Translations under genes and position numbers: made by a program | Shown: positions 31,790 through 44,800 of the stretch, piece after piece | How the letters are laid out: every line of letters starts with the position of its first letter | Position numbering within the stretch: position 1 is the stretch's first letter | Assembly: GCA_002269645.1 (NCBI GenBank) | Contig: NIVC01003819.1 | Span: forward strand, 1 to 64,000 | Length of the DNA: 64,000 nucleotides | Direction of reading: 5' to 3' | DNA from: Macrostomum lignano | Lineage: Eukaryota | Notes under the pieces: model-generated | Database searches by the model: none | The model's input: the letters and a program-made list of their open reading frames with translations, nothing else | What the model was told of the DNA's origin: nothing

Positions 31790-32622
31790 TGTCATGAATG
31801 TGTTATGACAGTGTGCTCTTTGCTAAGTTGCTGCACCGGGCCAGTGGGCCGTCCTCTCCCCCTCCCCCCTCCTTAGATATTTTCTGACTCACTCACCTGC
31901 ACTTCTGCGCGTGCGTACCCCTCCCCTCCCTGCCTAGACCTTTTCTGTTGAGTCAACCCCCATGCTCTGCGTGCGACCCCCCCCCCTGTGCGACCCCGCC
32001 CATTATTTTGTTAGCTTTGCTGCCCCGCCCCTGTTTGTGATTGGCTGCCAGTCCCAGTCTGCCGTGCTGCGCCCCGGCGATTGGCTGGTACAGCTCATGC
32101 GTTGCCTTGGCTGATGTCTAAGCCCCCTTTTCTGCCTTTATCCCGCGCCCTCGACCCCCAGTTTGCTGCCTATTTATTCGGCCCCCTTGAGACCCCATTC
32201 TCGTCGTCTTTGTGGCTCCTCGGCGATTGTGCCAGCGTTGGTTGCTGAATTACTATTCCTCGCAGAATTGCTAGACAAATATATAAGTAAAGAATATCGA
32301 GATCACCACTGCTCTGACGGCGCTGTTTCTTGTACGACTGAAATCGCGGCTGGTAAGCCTTCCAATTTGCACGTCATTTGGGTCTGCATCTGTACTAGGC
32401 ACCTTAGAGGGATTAACTGCGTCGTACGCCGGTCCCACCCCAAGCAGCTCTGCGTCGTACGCGAGTCTGTAGGCTGTCGTGCGTCGTACGCTCGAGCAGC
32501 CTAGTCCCGACGGACACCGCGTCGTACGCGTGTCAGTGGAGGACCGCAGCCAGGGTCAGTACACGAACCCGGGTCTGGGAAAGGGGCACGAAAGGACCGA
32601 GCCCTTGAGCCCCATCATCACA
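31790..32622 (+). repeat. 3' LTR
   Basis: Near-identical to the 5' LTR; followed by the TTAT TSD. Confidence 0.95.
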
Positions 32623-33687
32623 TTATTGTTGTGTAACCCTTCTGGTCAAACAAATATATAAGCAGCAATGCGAGACGGTTGATTGCGCAATGTAGGTTAC
32701 CAGTTATAGTGTTTTAATGTTTTATTAATTGGGCTTACGAATACATTGAAACTGAGCTGAATACTTTAAAAAAATTACCAACACAGAGAGCAGACTTTGG
32801 ACTAGCTTAATAATTAATAAATCCTCTTGAAATTCGTACTGGTAATTGGCAAAGTGGACTCCTTTTCAAAGGAGAAGAGAAGTCGTCAAGCCCCACTCCG
32901 CTGGGTCATGGACAACTAGGCTTTCTTAGAAATTGGAGCTAGAGGCCTATGTATTCGTTGCTATAAGTAATAAGATCGTTCTTACATGTAGCTCCGCAGT
33001 GTAGAAGTTCCAATGTTTGTAATGTATATAGTGGTCAGTCTAGACCTGTTCTTCTATTTGAGTCTGTAAATTATAATAAATCGATAAGTGAGTACATGTA
33101 AGGACTAATAATACTTAAGTACAAATTATTTAGTCTTTTAGGGTTAAATTGATTTAACGGATATATGTACTCGAAAATGAAGGCAAGTTTTCGATAATTT
33201 ACGCGATAGATTTAAATACCAACGAATACGAACATACTTTCATACCAGTTAAGTAATTTTGAGTGGCATTTGGTATGCTTGAATAATTGTTAACCCTGAA
33301 AGACTAAGCGAAAAGTGAGTTACTAAAGCATTTTTTTTATTTCTCACTTACCAGGTATTTATTATAATTTGCAGACTATAGTTTGAATTAGCTTAAAAAG
33401 TTCTCTACAGTCCCCAGAAACGCCATTTATAAACCCCGGAACTTTTACTTAAATCTCAGTGTATTAAAATTACTAACGATCACATCATCGCCATCGAATA
33501 AGCCATTCACCCAAAGAACGAGTAAAAATGTACAACCCGGATGATCACGCAAGAATTTGGCTTCACTTAATGGCGGTTTCGACAAGACTTGATAAGGAGG
33601 ACCATGAGTCCCTTGACCCCTTATAGTTTGCATGCAGCTTCGGTAGTAGCTAGAAATTAGTATCAACAGCTGCTCAAATCAGCTTGC

Positions 33688-34746
33688 TCATCCGGGGCCA
33701 GCAGCCTGAACGATGACCACCTCGTCATCGTCAACAGGTGCAGCAGCCGAGGCAGCGGTGGCGGCCTCCCCGCTGGCCAGCTCAAACACCGCCAAAGCCT
33801 GGTCCAGCGCCAGTAGGCTCTCCCTGGCTGAGAAGTCTTCTTCCGCCATCAGGCCGCCGTACGTCGCCGCTGCGGACGCAGAGTTACCCGCGGCAGCTGG
33901 AGCATCGGGCTTAGCCGCGACAACTATCACTTCCTCTTCGTCGTCTATAAACTGCTCAGGCGGCTGCTCGAATGCCGAATTCGGCAGAGTCTCCCAGCCG
34001 AAGTCGTCGCTTTCAGCGGCCGCCTCGCTAGCCAGCAGGAAGTTGGACAGGCGCTCCGCTCTTTTTCGGACACTGATCTCGTCGTCCTCGTCGGTTGTAC
34101 CGTTGCTGTTGGCCGCTCCGCGACGTACGCGAGGCATCACGAAGCTCAGAGTGGCCGTGCTCCGCTTGCCAAACTCGGAGGCGCCGCCGCCGTGAGCAGC
34201 CAGCTCGGTGAGCGTGTCCTCATGCTCAGACTCGTAGTCAGAGTAGTCGCTATCGACAATGGTCAGCTCGTTATCGTCGCTTTGAAACACCGAATAGCCG
34301 TGCTGGTGCTCGTGCGGTTCTCGAACCTTCACCCAACTAGTTTGGGGAGTGACCTCTTTGTGCTTCTGCTGTTGCTGAGGCTGTTGCTGAGGCAGCGCTG
34401 GCGCGGCAGCTTTCTTGTGCTGCGGCTCGTTACGCAGCGTCACAACCGAAGTCGGACGAATCTCGGCATCACCCGGACTGTCGACTACGACAGCGGCGTT
34501 GCTACCGGAGCTCGGCTGCCTGTCTCGACCATGATCGGTGCTGTCCCGCATCGGAGCCGCGGCCTCTGTCGCCACGACAGCCGGTGGCTCCGCCGAGAAT
34601 TCGTGGTCGAGTTTCTTTCGCCGATACTTGCCATCATCGGCAGTCGCTTGTTGGCTGCCATTTCTGGCGCCGCTTTCAGCGTTGGGATCCTGCAGCAGCA
34701 GTTTGCCTTTTTGGCCGGAGCGGCCGCGGCAGCAGCAGGATAGCAT
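33688..34746 (-). CDS. Uncharacterised acidic, low-complexity protein with N-terminal CCC motif, intronless, 352 aa
   Basis: GC-rich ATG-to-TGA ORF within AT-rich flanks; MLSCCCRGR start; no recognisable domain. Confidence 0.6.
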   Translation of the reverse strand: MLSCCCRGRSGQKGKLLLQDPNAESGARNGSQQATADDGKYRRKKLDHEFSAEPPAVVATEAAAPMRDSTDHGRDRQPSSGSNAAVVVDSPGDAEIRPTSVVTLRNEPQHKKAAAPALPQQQPQQQQKHKEVTPQTSWVKVREPHEHQHGYSVFQSDDNELTIVDSDYSDYESEHEDTLTELAAHGGGASEFGKRSTATLSFVMPRVRRGAANSNGTTDEDDEISVRKRAERLSNFLLASEAAAESDDFGWETLPNSAFEQPPEQFIDDEEEVIVVAAKPDAPAAAGNSASAAATYGGLMAEEDFSARESLLALDQALAVFELASGEAATAASAAAPVDDDEVVIVQAAGPG

Positions 34747-35479
34747 TGTGTGTCTGCTGTGTGTGTACTTGAGTAGCTATCTACCTGCTCCGTAGCTCTA
34801 CTGAGTTTCTAAGCAAGGTAGAAAGAAACACAGGTTGGACCCTTTTGTATAATTGTGGAATTTTTTTCTGTATGAGCAAGGGCTGCCTCAACTTGAATTG
34901 GAGGGTTTCCTACAGTTCGCTTTGTAGTGCCGAATGAATGGCAAGAGTTGCCCCCCCGCATTATTCACTCTGCGCTCGACCAACTGGAGTAATAAATAAA
35001 ATAATTCCAGTTGAAACTTAACAATTCGCGGCGGTCAAGTTGAGAAAAGCTGAAAAACTGAGATAAAAAAAACAGACACACGAGTAATTCCTACAGCCTC
35101 ATGCTTTGGCTGAGACCCAGGAACAGAAATCATATGTGTATAGTTAGTTATGTACAAATAAAAACTAATCAAAATTGCAACAATATGAAGACAGACTTCA
35201 GTGACTATTTAACAGGAAAATGCTTTCTTCTTTGAGTACAGACCGAAATTATGGAATAAATGATGATGATGCAAAGTCAATAGTCAATGTTTTTTGGTCA
35301 TCATTCACTTTTTTAACACGCGCAATTTCAGTGTCCTGCAGTTTTACAATAATTGACTAATTTTTCGGCAATGCAATAATGCTTTTTTCGTGGAAGAATT
35401 ACATACAAAAATGGAATTATATGCAGATAAAAGTGCAAAAAGTAGACGGTAGCATTAGTCGAAGTTCGAAGACTTCAGG

Positions 35480-35785
35480 CACTCAGATTGCAATCCAATT
35501 GAAACTCACTCAGATTGCAATCCAATTAAAACTCACTCAGATTGCAATTCAATTAAAACTCACTCAGATTGCAATCCAATTAAAACTCACTCAGATTGCA
35601 ATTCAATTAAAACTCACTCAGATTGCAATCCAATTAAAACTCAATCTGATTGCAATCCAATTAAAACTTACTCAGATTGCAATTCAATTAAAACTCACTC
35701 AGATTGCAATCCAATTAAAACTCAATCTGATTGCAATCCAATTAAAACTTACTCAGATTGCAATGCAGTTGAAACCCAATCAGAT
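35480..35785. repeat. 27-bp tandem repeat (ACTCAGATTGCAATCCAATTAAAACTC) just downstream of the Dicer stop
   Basis: About 11 copies, each with a GATTGCAAT(C/T) palindromic core. Confidence 0.9.
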
Positions 35786-35803
35786 TAAAATTTAACAACC
35801 AAT

Positions 35804-38800
35804 TTAAGTCTCAACCTCGACATCAGCGGAAGCAGCAGACTTTTCCCGCTCCTTGGCCTTGATGTACCGCAGGGCCACCTTCGCAGCGCTGTTCCTGGCA
35901 ATGCGGTAGTTGCGGCCGACTCCGGCAAAGCGGCCCTTGCCGATGACATGAACCACGACACGAATGGTGCCGCTGGCTGTGCGAGTCGGCTGTCTGAAGT
36001 GGGACCAGTGTGTCTTGATCCGTGTGTCTTGATCAGTGTGTCTTGATCAGTGTGTCTTGATCAGTGTGTCTGGATCAGAGTGTCTTGATCAGAGTGTCTT
36101 GATCAGTGTGTGTGTCTTGATCCGTGTGTCTCGATCAGTGTGTCTTGATCAGTGTGTCTTGATCAGAGTGTCTTGATCAGAGTGTCTTGATCCGTGTGTC
36201 TTGACCAGTGTGTCTTGATCCGTGTGTCTTGACCAGTGTGTCTTGATCCGTGTGTCTTGACCAGTGTGTCTTGATCAGTGTGTCTTGATCTGTTTGTCTG
36301 GATCAGTGTGTCTTGATCAGTGTGTCTTGATCAGTGTGTCTTGATCAGTGTGTCTTGATCCGTGTGTCTTGACCAGTGTGTCTTAACCAGTATGTCTTGA
36401 TCAGTGTGTCTTGACCCGTGTGTCTTGATCAGTATGTCTTGATCAGTGTGTCTTGATCAGTGTGTCTTGATCAGAGTGTCTTGATCCGTGTGTCTTGATC
36501 CGTGTGTCTTGACCAGTGTGTCTTGATCCGTGTGTCTTGATCAGTGTGTCTTGATCCGTGTGTCTTGATCAGTGTGTCTTGATCAGTGTGTCTTGATCAG
36601 TGTGCCTTGATCAGAGTGTCTTGATCAGTGTGTCTTGATCAAAGTGTCTTGATCAGTGTGTCTTGATCAGAGTGTCTTGATCAGAGTGCCTTGATCAGTG
36701 TGTCTTGATCAGTGTGTCTTGATCAGTGTGTCTTGATCAGAGTGTCTTGATCAGTGTGTCTGGATCAGTGTGTCTTGATCAGTGTGTCTTGATCAGTGTG
36801 TCTTGATCCGAGTGTCTGGATCAGTGTGTCTTGATCAGTGTGTCTTGATCAGTGTGTCTTGATCAGTGTGTCTTGATCAGTGTGTCTTGATCAGAGTGTC
36901 TTGATCAGAGTGTCTTGATCAGTGTATCTTGATCCGTGTGTCTTGACCAGTGTGTCTTGATCAGTGTGTCTTGATCAGTGTGTCTGGATCAGAGTGTCTT
37001 GATCAGTGTGTCTTGATCAGAGTGTCTTGATCAGTGTGTCTTGATCAGTGTGTCTGGATCAGAGTGTCTTGATCAGTGTGTCTTGATCAGTGTGTCTTGA
37101 CCAGTGTGTCTTGATCCGTGTGTCTTGACTAGTGTGTCTTGATCCGTGTGTCTTGACCAGTGTGTCTTGATCAGTGTGTCTTGATCAGTGTGTCTTGACC
37201 AGTGTGTCTTGATCAGTGTGTCTTGATGAGAGTGTCTTGATCAGAGTGTCTTGATCAGTGTGTCTTGATCAGTGTGTCTTGATCCGTGTGTCTTGACCAG
37301 TGTGTCTTGATCAGTGTGTCTGGATCAGAGTGTCTTGATCAGAGTGTCTTGATCCGTGTGTCTTGACCAGTGTGTCTTGATCCGTGTGTCTTGACCAGTG
37401 TGTCTTGATCCGTGTGTCTTGACCAGTGTGTCTTGATCAGTGTGTCTTGATCTGTTTGTCTGGATCAGTGTGTCTTGATCAGTGTGTCTTGATCAGTGTG
37501 TCTTGATCAGTGTGTCTGGATCAGAGTGTCTTGATCAGTGTGTCTTGATCAGAGTGTCTTGATCAGTGTGTCTTGATCAGTGTGTCTTGATCCGTGTGTC
37601 TTGATCCGTGTGTCTTGACTAGTGTGTCTTGATCCGTGTGTCTTGATCAGTGTGTCTTGATCTGTTTGTCTGGATCAGTGTGTCTTGATCAGTGTGTCTT
37701 GATCCGTGTGTCTTGACCAGTGTGTCTTGATCCGTGTGTCTTGATCAGTGTGTCTTGATCTGTTTGTCTGGATCAGTGTGTTTTGATCAGTGTGTCTTGA
37801 TCAGTGTGTCTTGATCCGTGTGTCTTGACCAGTGTGTCTTGATCAAAGTGTCTTGATGAGAGTGTCTTGATCAGAGTGTCTTGATCAGTGTGTCTTGATC
37901 AGAGTGTCTTGATCAGTGTGTCTGGATCAGTGTGTCTTGATCAGAGTGTCTTGATCAGAGTGTCTTGATCAGTGTGTCTTGATCAGTGTGTCTTGATCAG
38001 AGTGTCTTGATCAGTGTGTCTTGATCAGAGTGTCTTGATCAGTGTGTCTTGATCAGTGTGTCTTGATCAGTGTGTCTTGATCAGTGTGTCTTGATCAGAG
38101 TGTCTTGATCAGTGTGTCTTGATCAGTGTGTCTGGATCAGTGTGTCTTGATCAGTGTGTCTTGATCAGAGTGTCTTGATCAGTGTGTCTTGATCAGAGTG
38201 TCTTGATCAGTGTGTCTTGATGAGAGTGTCTTGATCAGAGTGTCTTGATCAGTGTGTCTTGATCAGAGTGTCTTGATCAGTGTGTCTTGATCAGTGTGTC
38301 TTGCACCAAGGTGGGTTGAACTAAAAATGCCTGTGATATCTGCCCATCCCGCTGACTACTGAGCACATGCAAGCGCGTCAATACTGTACGCAGGCACAGC
38401 ACTCACACACGCTCACACAGGGTGTACAGCGGGCCTGACTTTCGAATCGTCATTCGTCAGGCATGTAAACTGTCTGCGCGAAATATGACCCAAAACTCAC
38501 TCAAACTTTGTGCAGTCCGGCTCAGTCTCTAAAAGTTCTCGAACCAGCGACTTGGGTATTTCGGCTGTATAGCACTCTGAAATGTTTGTAGGGAGAGGTT
38601 AAAGTTAAGGGCGAATCTCAGGGCAGTCTAAGAGGCGAAACTTAAGGCAGTCCAAGGGCGATTCTCAAGGCTGTCTAAGGGCGAATCTCAGGGCAGTATA
38701 AGAGGCAAATCTCAAGGCAGTCTAAAAGGCGATTCTCAAGGCTGTGTAATTGGCGATTCTCAAGGCAGTCTAATGGCCGATTCTCAAGGCAGTCAGTCTA

Positions 38801-41800
38801 ATGGGCGATTCTCAAGGCAGTCTAATGGGCGATTCTCAAGGCATCTAATGGGCGATTCTCAAGGCAGTCTAATGGGCGATTCTCAAGGCTGTGTAATTGG
38901 CGATTCTCAAGGCAGTCTAATGGCCGATTCTCAAGGCAGTCTAATGGCCGATTCTCAAGGCAGTCAGTCTAATGGGCGATTCTCAAGGCAGTCAGTCTAA
39001 TGGCCGATTCTCAAGGCAGTCTAATGGGCGATTCTCAAGGCAGTCTAATGGCCGATTCTCAAGGCAGTCAGTCTAATGGGCGATTCTCAAGGCAGTCAGT
39101 CTAATGGCCGATTCTCAAGGCAGTCTAATGGGCGATTCTTAAGGCAGTCTAATGGGCGATTCTCAAGGCAGTCTAATGGGCGATTTTCAAGGCAGTCTAA
39201 TGGGCGATTTTCAAGGCAGTCTAATGGGCGATTCTTAAGGCAGTCTAATGGCCGATTCTCAAGGCTGTCTAATGGGCGATTTTCAAGGCAGTCTAATGGG
39301 CGATTCTTAAGGCAGTCTAATGGGCGATTCTCAAGGCAGTCTAATGGCCGATTCTCAAGGCTGTCTAATGGGCGATTTTCAAGGCAGTCTAATGGGCGAT
39401 TTTCAAGGCAGTCTAATGGGCGAATCTCAAGGCAGTCTAAAAGGCGATTCTCAAGGCAGTCTAAGGGCGATTCTCAAGGCAGTCTAAAAGGCGAATCTCA
39501 AGGAAGTCTAAAAGGCGATTCTCAAGGCAGTCTAAGGGCGATTCTTAAGGCAGTCTAAAAGGCGATTCTCAAGGCAGTCTAAGGGCGATTCTCGAGGCAG
39601 TCTAAAATGCGATTCTCAAGGCAGTCTAAGGGCGAATCTTGAGGCAGCCTAATGGGCGATTCTCAGGGCTGTGTAATTGGCGATTCTCAAGACAGTCTAA
39701 TGGGCGAATCTTAAGGAAGTCTAAGGGCGATTCTCAAGGCAGTCTAAGGGCGATTTTCAAGGCAGTCTAACGGGTCACTATTGTTAACAATGACCAACAC
39801 TGACCGATCCTCTCCTTCATAAGCGGATAGAAGATGCGCCACACCGTGTTTAAAGACATGCCGGAGTCGAGGAACACGGCGCCGGCCACCGACTCGAAAA
39901 TGTCGCCGAGGCATTTGGGGATTTCGACGTCTTCGGGCCGGTCGTCGAAGTCCGCTTCCTGAGTTTTGTCGCCAGAGAGAGAGGTGAGTAGAATATGCGG
40001 ACAGAATAGACTAAGAGGTAGATATGGTAGAGTCAGTCGATAGGAAAGATAGATATAGGGTAGAGTTAGTAGATAGATATGGTAGTCTGTGGATAGAGAA
40101 GTAGACAGGAGATAACGGGTAGGTAGAAAAGTAGACAGGAGACCAAGGGTAGACAGAGAAGTAGACATATGACGGGTAGGTAAAGTAGACAGGAGACAAA
40201 GGGTAGGTATAGAAGTAGACAAGAGACCAAGGGTAGGCAGAGAAGTAGACAGGAGATGACGGGTAAATAGAGAAGTAGACAGAAGATGACGGGTAGGTAA
40301 AGAAGTAGACAGAAGACAAAGGGTTGGCAGAGAAGTAGACATGGTGAGAAAAGTCGGTAGACTGTGAGATAAAGGGTACATAGAGAAGTAGACAGGGTAG
40401 AAGAGTCAGTAGACAGTAAGACCCAGAGTAGACATGACAAGTTGGGGAGATTAGCGGGCAACCGATTTAAAAAAAACAGCAATCAGACTCGAACGCACCT
40501 CAGACGTGACGAAATCCAAATTGTCAGCTTTGTCGTCCTTCTGGAACTGCACAAACTGGTCAATGAGCGAGTGCAGAGCGGGACTGACGCAGCGGAAGTA
40601 CTTGTGAAAGCCCCATTTCACTGCCAGTGCGCCGAAAATGTCGTTATTGACCAGAGCCGATCGGAGATCGGTGAGTACGGCGGGCGAATGGCGGCGGGAA
40701 TCGTGAAACAGGTACCTGTGTTTGCGAATATTTGTAGGGGGGGGGGGTTGGCAACTCTTGAAGCAGTGGCTTTGTGAATCTTTTGTGGCTTCAGATCAAT
40801 AACCGGAAGTGGATGAGTAGCTTTAAATCAATGACCGGAAGTGGATGAGTAGCTCTAAATCAATGACCGGAAGTGGATAATTAGCTCTGAATCAATGACC
40901 GGAAGTGGATGAGTAGCTCTAAATCAATGACCGGAAGTGGATGAGTAGCTCTAAATCAATGACCGGAAGTGGATGAGTAGCTCTAAATCAATGACCGGAA
41001 GTGGATAATTAGCTCTAAATCAATGACCGGAAGTGGATGAGTAGCTCTAAATCAATGACCGGAAGTGGATGAGTAGCTCTAAATCAATGACCGGAAGTGA
41101 ATAAGCGTGAGGCTCCAGATCAATAACCGGAAGTGAATAAGCGAGAGGCTACAGATCAATAACCGGAAGTGAATAAGCGGGAGGCTACAGATCAATAACC
41201 GAAAGTGAATAAGCGGGAGGCTACAGATCAATAACCGGAAGTGAATAAGCGGGAGGCAAAGCAGCTACCTAGTAACAACATAGTCCAACACAGCGTCGCC
41301 CAAAAACTCGAGCCGCTGATAGCAGTCAGTGAGGTCGTTCCGGTAGTCAGACGGGTGCGTGAACGCCTGCAACAGGTAGGCCCTGTTGCGAAATCGATAG
41401 CCAATCAACGATTCGAATTCGTCGTATCCGGTTAGCCGGCGAGCCAGTTCGGCTTCTATTGACGCCGAAGTCGCGACGGCGCTTGGCAGCACGGGATCTG
41501 GCGGCGTTGGCCAGGCCACGTCGTCGCCGGTGTTGCCTCCGAGCTCGCCGACTGCGATGCCGAACCAGCGGCAGACGCGCAGGGCCGCCTGTCAGGTGAG
41601 GCGGTGGTCAAGGAGGCTGCCTGCCTGTCCGCCTGCCTACTGTATCTACCTGTCTGCCTACTTTATCTACCTGCCTGCCTACTGTATCTACCTGTCTGCC
41701 TACTGTATCTACCTGTCTGATTACTTTATCTACCTGTCTGCCTACTGTATCTACCTGTCTGCCTATTGTATCTACCTGTCTGCCTACTGTATCTACCTAT

Positions 41801-44800
41801 CTGCCTACTGTATCTACCTGTCTGCCTACTATATCTACCTGTCTGCCTACTGTATCTACTTATCTGCCTACCGGATCTCTACCTGTCTGCCTACTGTATC
41901 TACTTATCTGCCTACTGTATCTCCACCTGTCTGTCTACTGTATTTACCCATCTGCCTACCGTATCTACGCTTCTACTGTTACATCTACGTAATGTCCTAC
42001 GACCTACCTGTAATGTCTTACGTAGTTTTACTGTTTTACTGTTCACTTACCTACCTGTTTACATGTCTACCTGTTGATAATTTACATATCTGTCTACCAG
42101 TGTTTCTACCAGTTATTAGTATGAGTTACCAGTCTATCTGCACCCACATCCTGTGCCAACTCTTACCTGCTCATTGCAGCGCACCAAGTAGCAGCCAACA
42201 ATAGCCTCAACGCTGTCAGCCAGGCACTTGTCAGTCAGGCTCTGCTCCATCTGCAGGAAAGTGCAATTAGCACTAGCGCCAGGGATGCCAGACAATGACG
42301 CAGATGAAGAGGAGGCAGGGCCGGCACCCTGCAGCCTCTGCTGCTGCTGCTGCCTGCTGCCGCTGAGCTGACCTGATGGTGGGAAGAGAACAAATTTCGA
42401 ATCCAGGGCCTCGGCATAACAGAACTTGATCGACATAAGATTCGAACTCACGACTTATGGGGTAAAAAAGACAGATGTTTGTTTTTTGTATCAAAAGACT
42501 TCAATTTAGATAACTAACGCAGATTCGAACCTAGGACCTAGCTACTCGTAGATGAGAGAAAATTGTGTTATCATAACAGACCCTCAGCAAGATAAAATCG
42601 CAGATTCGAACTCAAGACCTACTAAAATCCGAGTACTCACCACCCCTTCTGCTGAGATAAAAAATCGCAGATTCGAACTCAGGACCTACTAAAATCCGAG
42701 TACTCACCACCCCCTCTGCTGAGAAAAAAATCGAAGATTCGAACTCAGGACCTACTAAAATCCGGGTACTCACCACCCCCTCTGCTGAGAAAAAAATCGA
42801 AGATTCGAACTCAGGACCTACTAAAATCCGAGTACTCACCACCCCCTCTGCTGCCAGCAGATTTTCCTTTGCCTCGATTCCTGGCGCCGCTCCGTTTCTT
42901 GTTGCGCTTCTGCGGCGCTTGTCCGCCTGGAGAATTTGACGGACAAGTGGAAGCGCCGGCCTCCGCCGCTGGAGAGTCAGCCGGTTTTGAATCGGCAATC
43001 TTACTGGCTTGCTGCTGCTGCTGCTTGAGCACCAATCCGGGAGGCAGCCAGTTCTCTCTGGGCTCGAATTTGTTGGCCACAATCAGTTCGCCTAAGCCTT
43101 TGGCCGCCGCGCACAGGTACAGGTGCGAATTGCTCACCTGCCGGCTGCGCAGCTGAGTCAGGCCGCCCTCGTGCAGGCCAGGATTCGTACAGTACAGGCT
43201 GACTGTCACGGCGAATTTTAGTAGCGAATCGCCGACCTGAGGGCCAATCGGAGCGATGGGGATCAATCCATCTGGGCTTTTTTTGTGTGACTTCAGCTAT
43301 CACTCTCTCCCAGGGGGACGTGGGGCTGAATTGGAATCTCGGCTTGGCTCTGCTCGAGCTTAGAGGGCCAACCCCCAAGACACAGTGAAGTGTACATGCC
43401 TAACGATAAATAAAGTTAGGGCCGCTGTACACTCCTGTGTGAGTGTGTGCCTGTGCGTATGACTGCGTACGTATCCGCGCGCTTGTGTGCCTGCTCAGGG
43501 GAGTCGGCCGAAATGGGGAGTAATGCCTCTCGCCGGCTGTGTGACAATGCACACTGCCCCTGCCTCTAAAATCCCACTCTCCAGGCCTCTCTAACCCTCT
43601 CCCTGCCCCCTGCCTGTATTCCCTCTCCCTGCCCCTCTTCCCTCTCCCTGTTCCTCTTCCCTCTCCCTGCCTCTCAATCCTCCCCCCACCCCCGCAAGCG
43701 CTACCCACCGTCTCCAGGCGCTCCAAGTTCATGAGATCGCCAGCATTGGACGCGGTGAGGCACTGCAGCAGGTCTGCAGAGCTCGGCAACAAGCTTACAG
43801 CCAGTCGTACGCTAGGAAAAAATGTCACCATCTCTTCAAAGCTGTCCGTAGACTCAGCATCTTCGCCATCGCCAGCTTCGCCTAGCAACGGATCCTCGTC
43901 ATTGTCGGCGCTGTTGCATTGGAACACTCCGAAATCCGCGTCGCCACCAGGTGCCGCCGACTTGGCGTTTTTGTCGTCAGCGGTAGCCTGACCCTGCTGC
44001 TGGGCGGCAACTAATGATGAATTAATCAATGCATAATAGGCCAACTTCTCGCCAGATGAAATTGTATTTAAAGCATCGATGCCGACTCCAGTAGACTGGG
44101 AAATCTGATGACGGAGAGATTCTGCCAGGAGCAGGTGGTTCAGCCTGTAGAGAGCGGAGGGTAGGCAGCAGGCTTGTCGCCACACAGAGGCTGGGACAAT
44201 ATGGCGATAGCACAACTCGGGAATGAATAACTGCTTCTGCTGTTCGTCTCTTGTGCAGCGGAGAGTTGGCTGCTGCTGCACTGGATGTTGCTGCTCCTGC
44301 TGCCGCTGCTGCTTGATCCGGGTGCCCAGAGGCCGGCCATCTGTGTCCAAAAATCTAAAATAATATTTTATGCATTGCTTGAATCCTCTTGCAATCTTAT
44401 GTCTGCCTCCTGTCTCCCTCTCGTGTCTCCCTCTCGTGTCTCCCTCTCGTGTCTCCCTCTCGTGTCTCCCTCTCTCTGTCTCCCTCTCGTTTCTCCCTCT
44501 CGTGTCCCTCTCTCCTGTTTCCCTCTCGTGTCTCCCTCTCGTGTCTCCCTCTCCTGTCTCCCTCTCCTGTACCCCTCTCGTGTCTCTCTCTCCTTTCTCC
44601 CTCTCGTGTCCCTCTCTTCTGTTTCCCTCTCGTGTCTCTCTCTCCTTTCTCCCTCTCGTGTCCCTCTCTTCTGTTTCCCTCTCCTGTCTCTTTCTCTTTT
44701 CTCCCTCTCATGGTTCCCTTTTTCGTCTCCCTCTCCTATCCAGCCACCCAATCCTACCTTGGCGTCAGTACATTATAACGCGAACTGCTCTGCTCAACAT

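Larger units (their letters stand above)
22989..32622 (+). mobile_element. Ty3/gypsy LTR retrotransposon, full length, internally rearranged, with an extra ORF
   Basis: TG...CA LTRs of 833 bp, TTAT TSD on both sides, PBS, PPT, gag, and pol in PR-RT-RH-IN order. Confidence 0.95.

Noticed and set aside
36007-38304. CRISPR-like appearance of regular arrays
   Set aside because: Units are head-to-tail with no unique spacers, there are no cas genes, and the context is eukaryotic.
42590-42852. Tandem tRNA pseudogenes (GAGTTCGAATC B-box-like motif)
   Set aside because: No cloverleaf; better explained as duplication of the exon 10 donor region, although an incidental B box remains.
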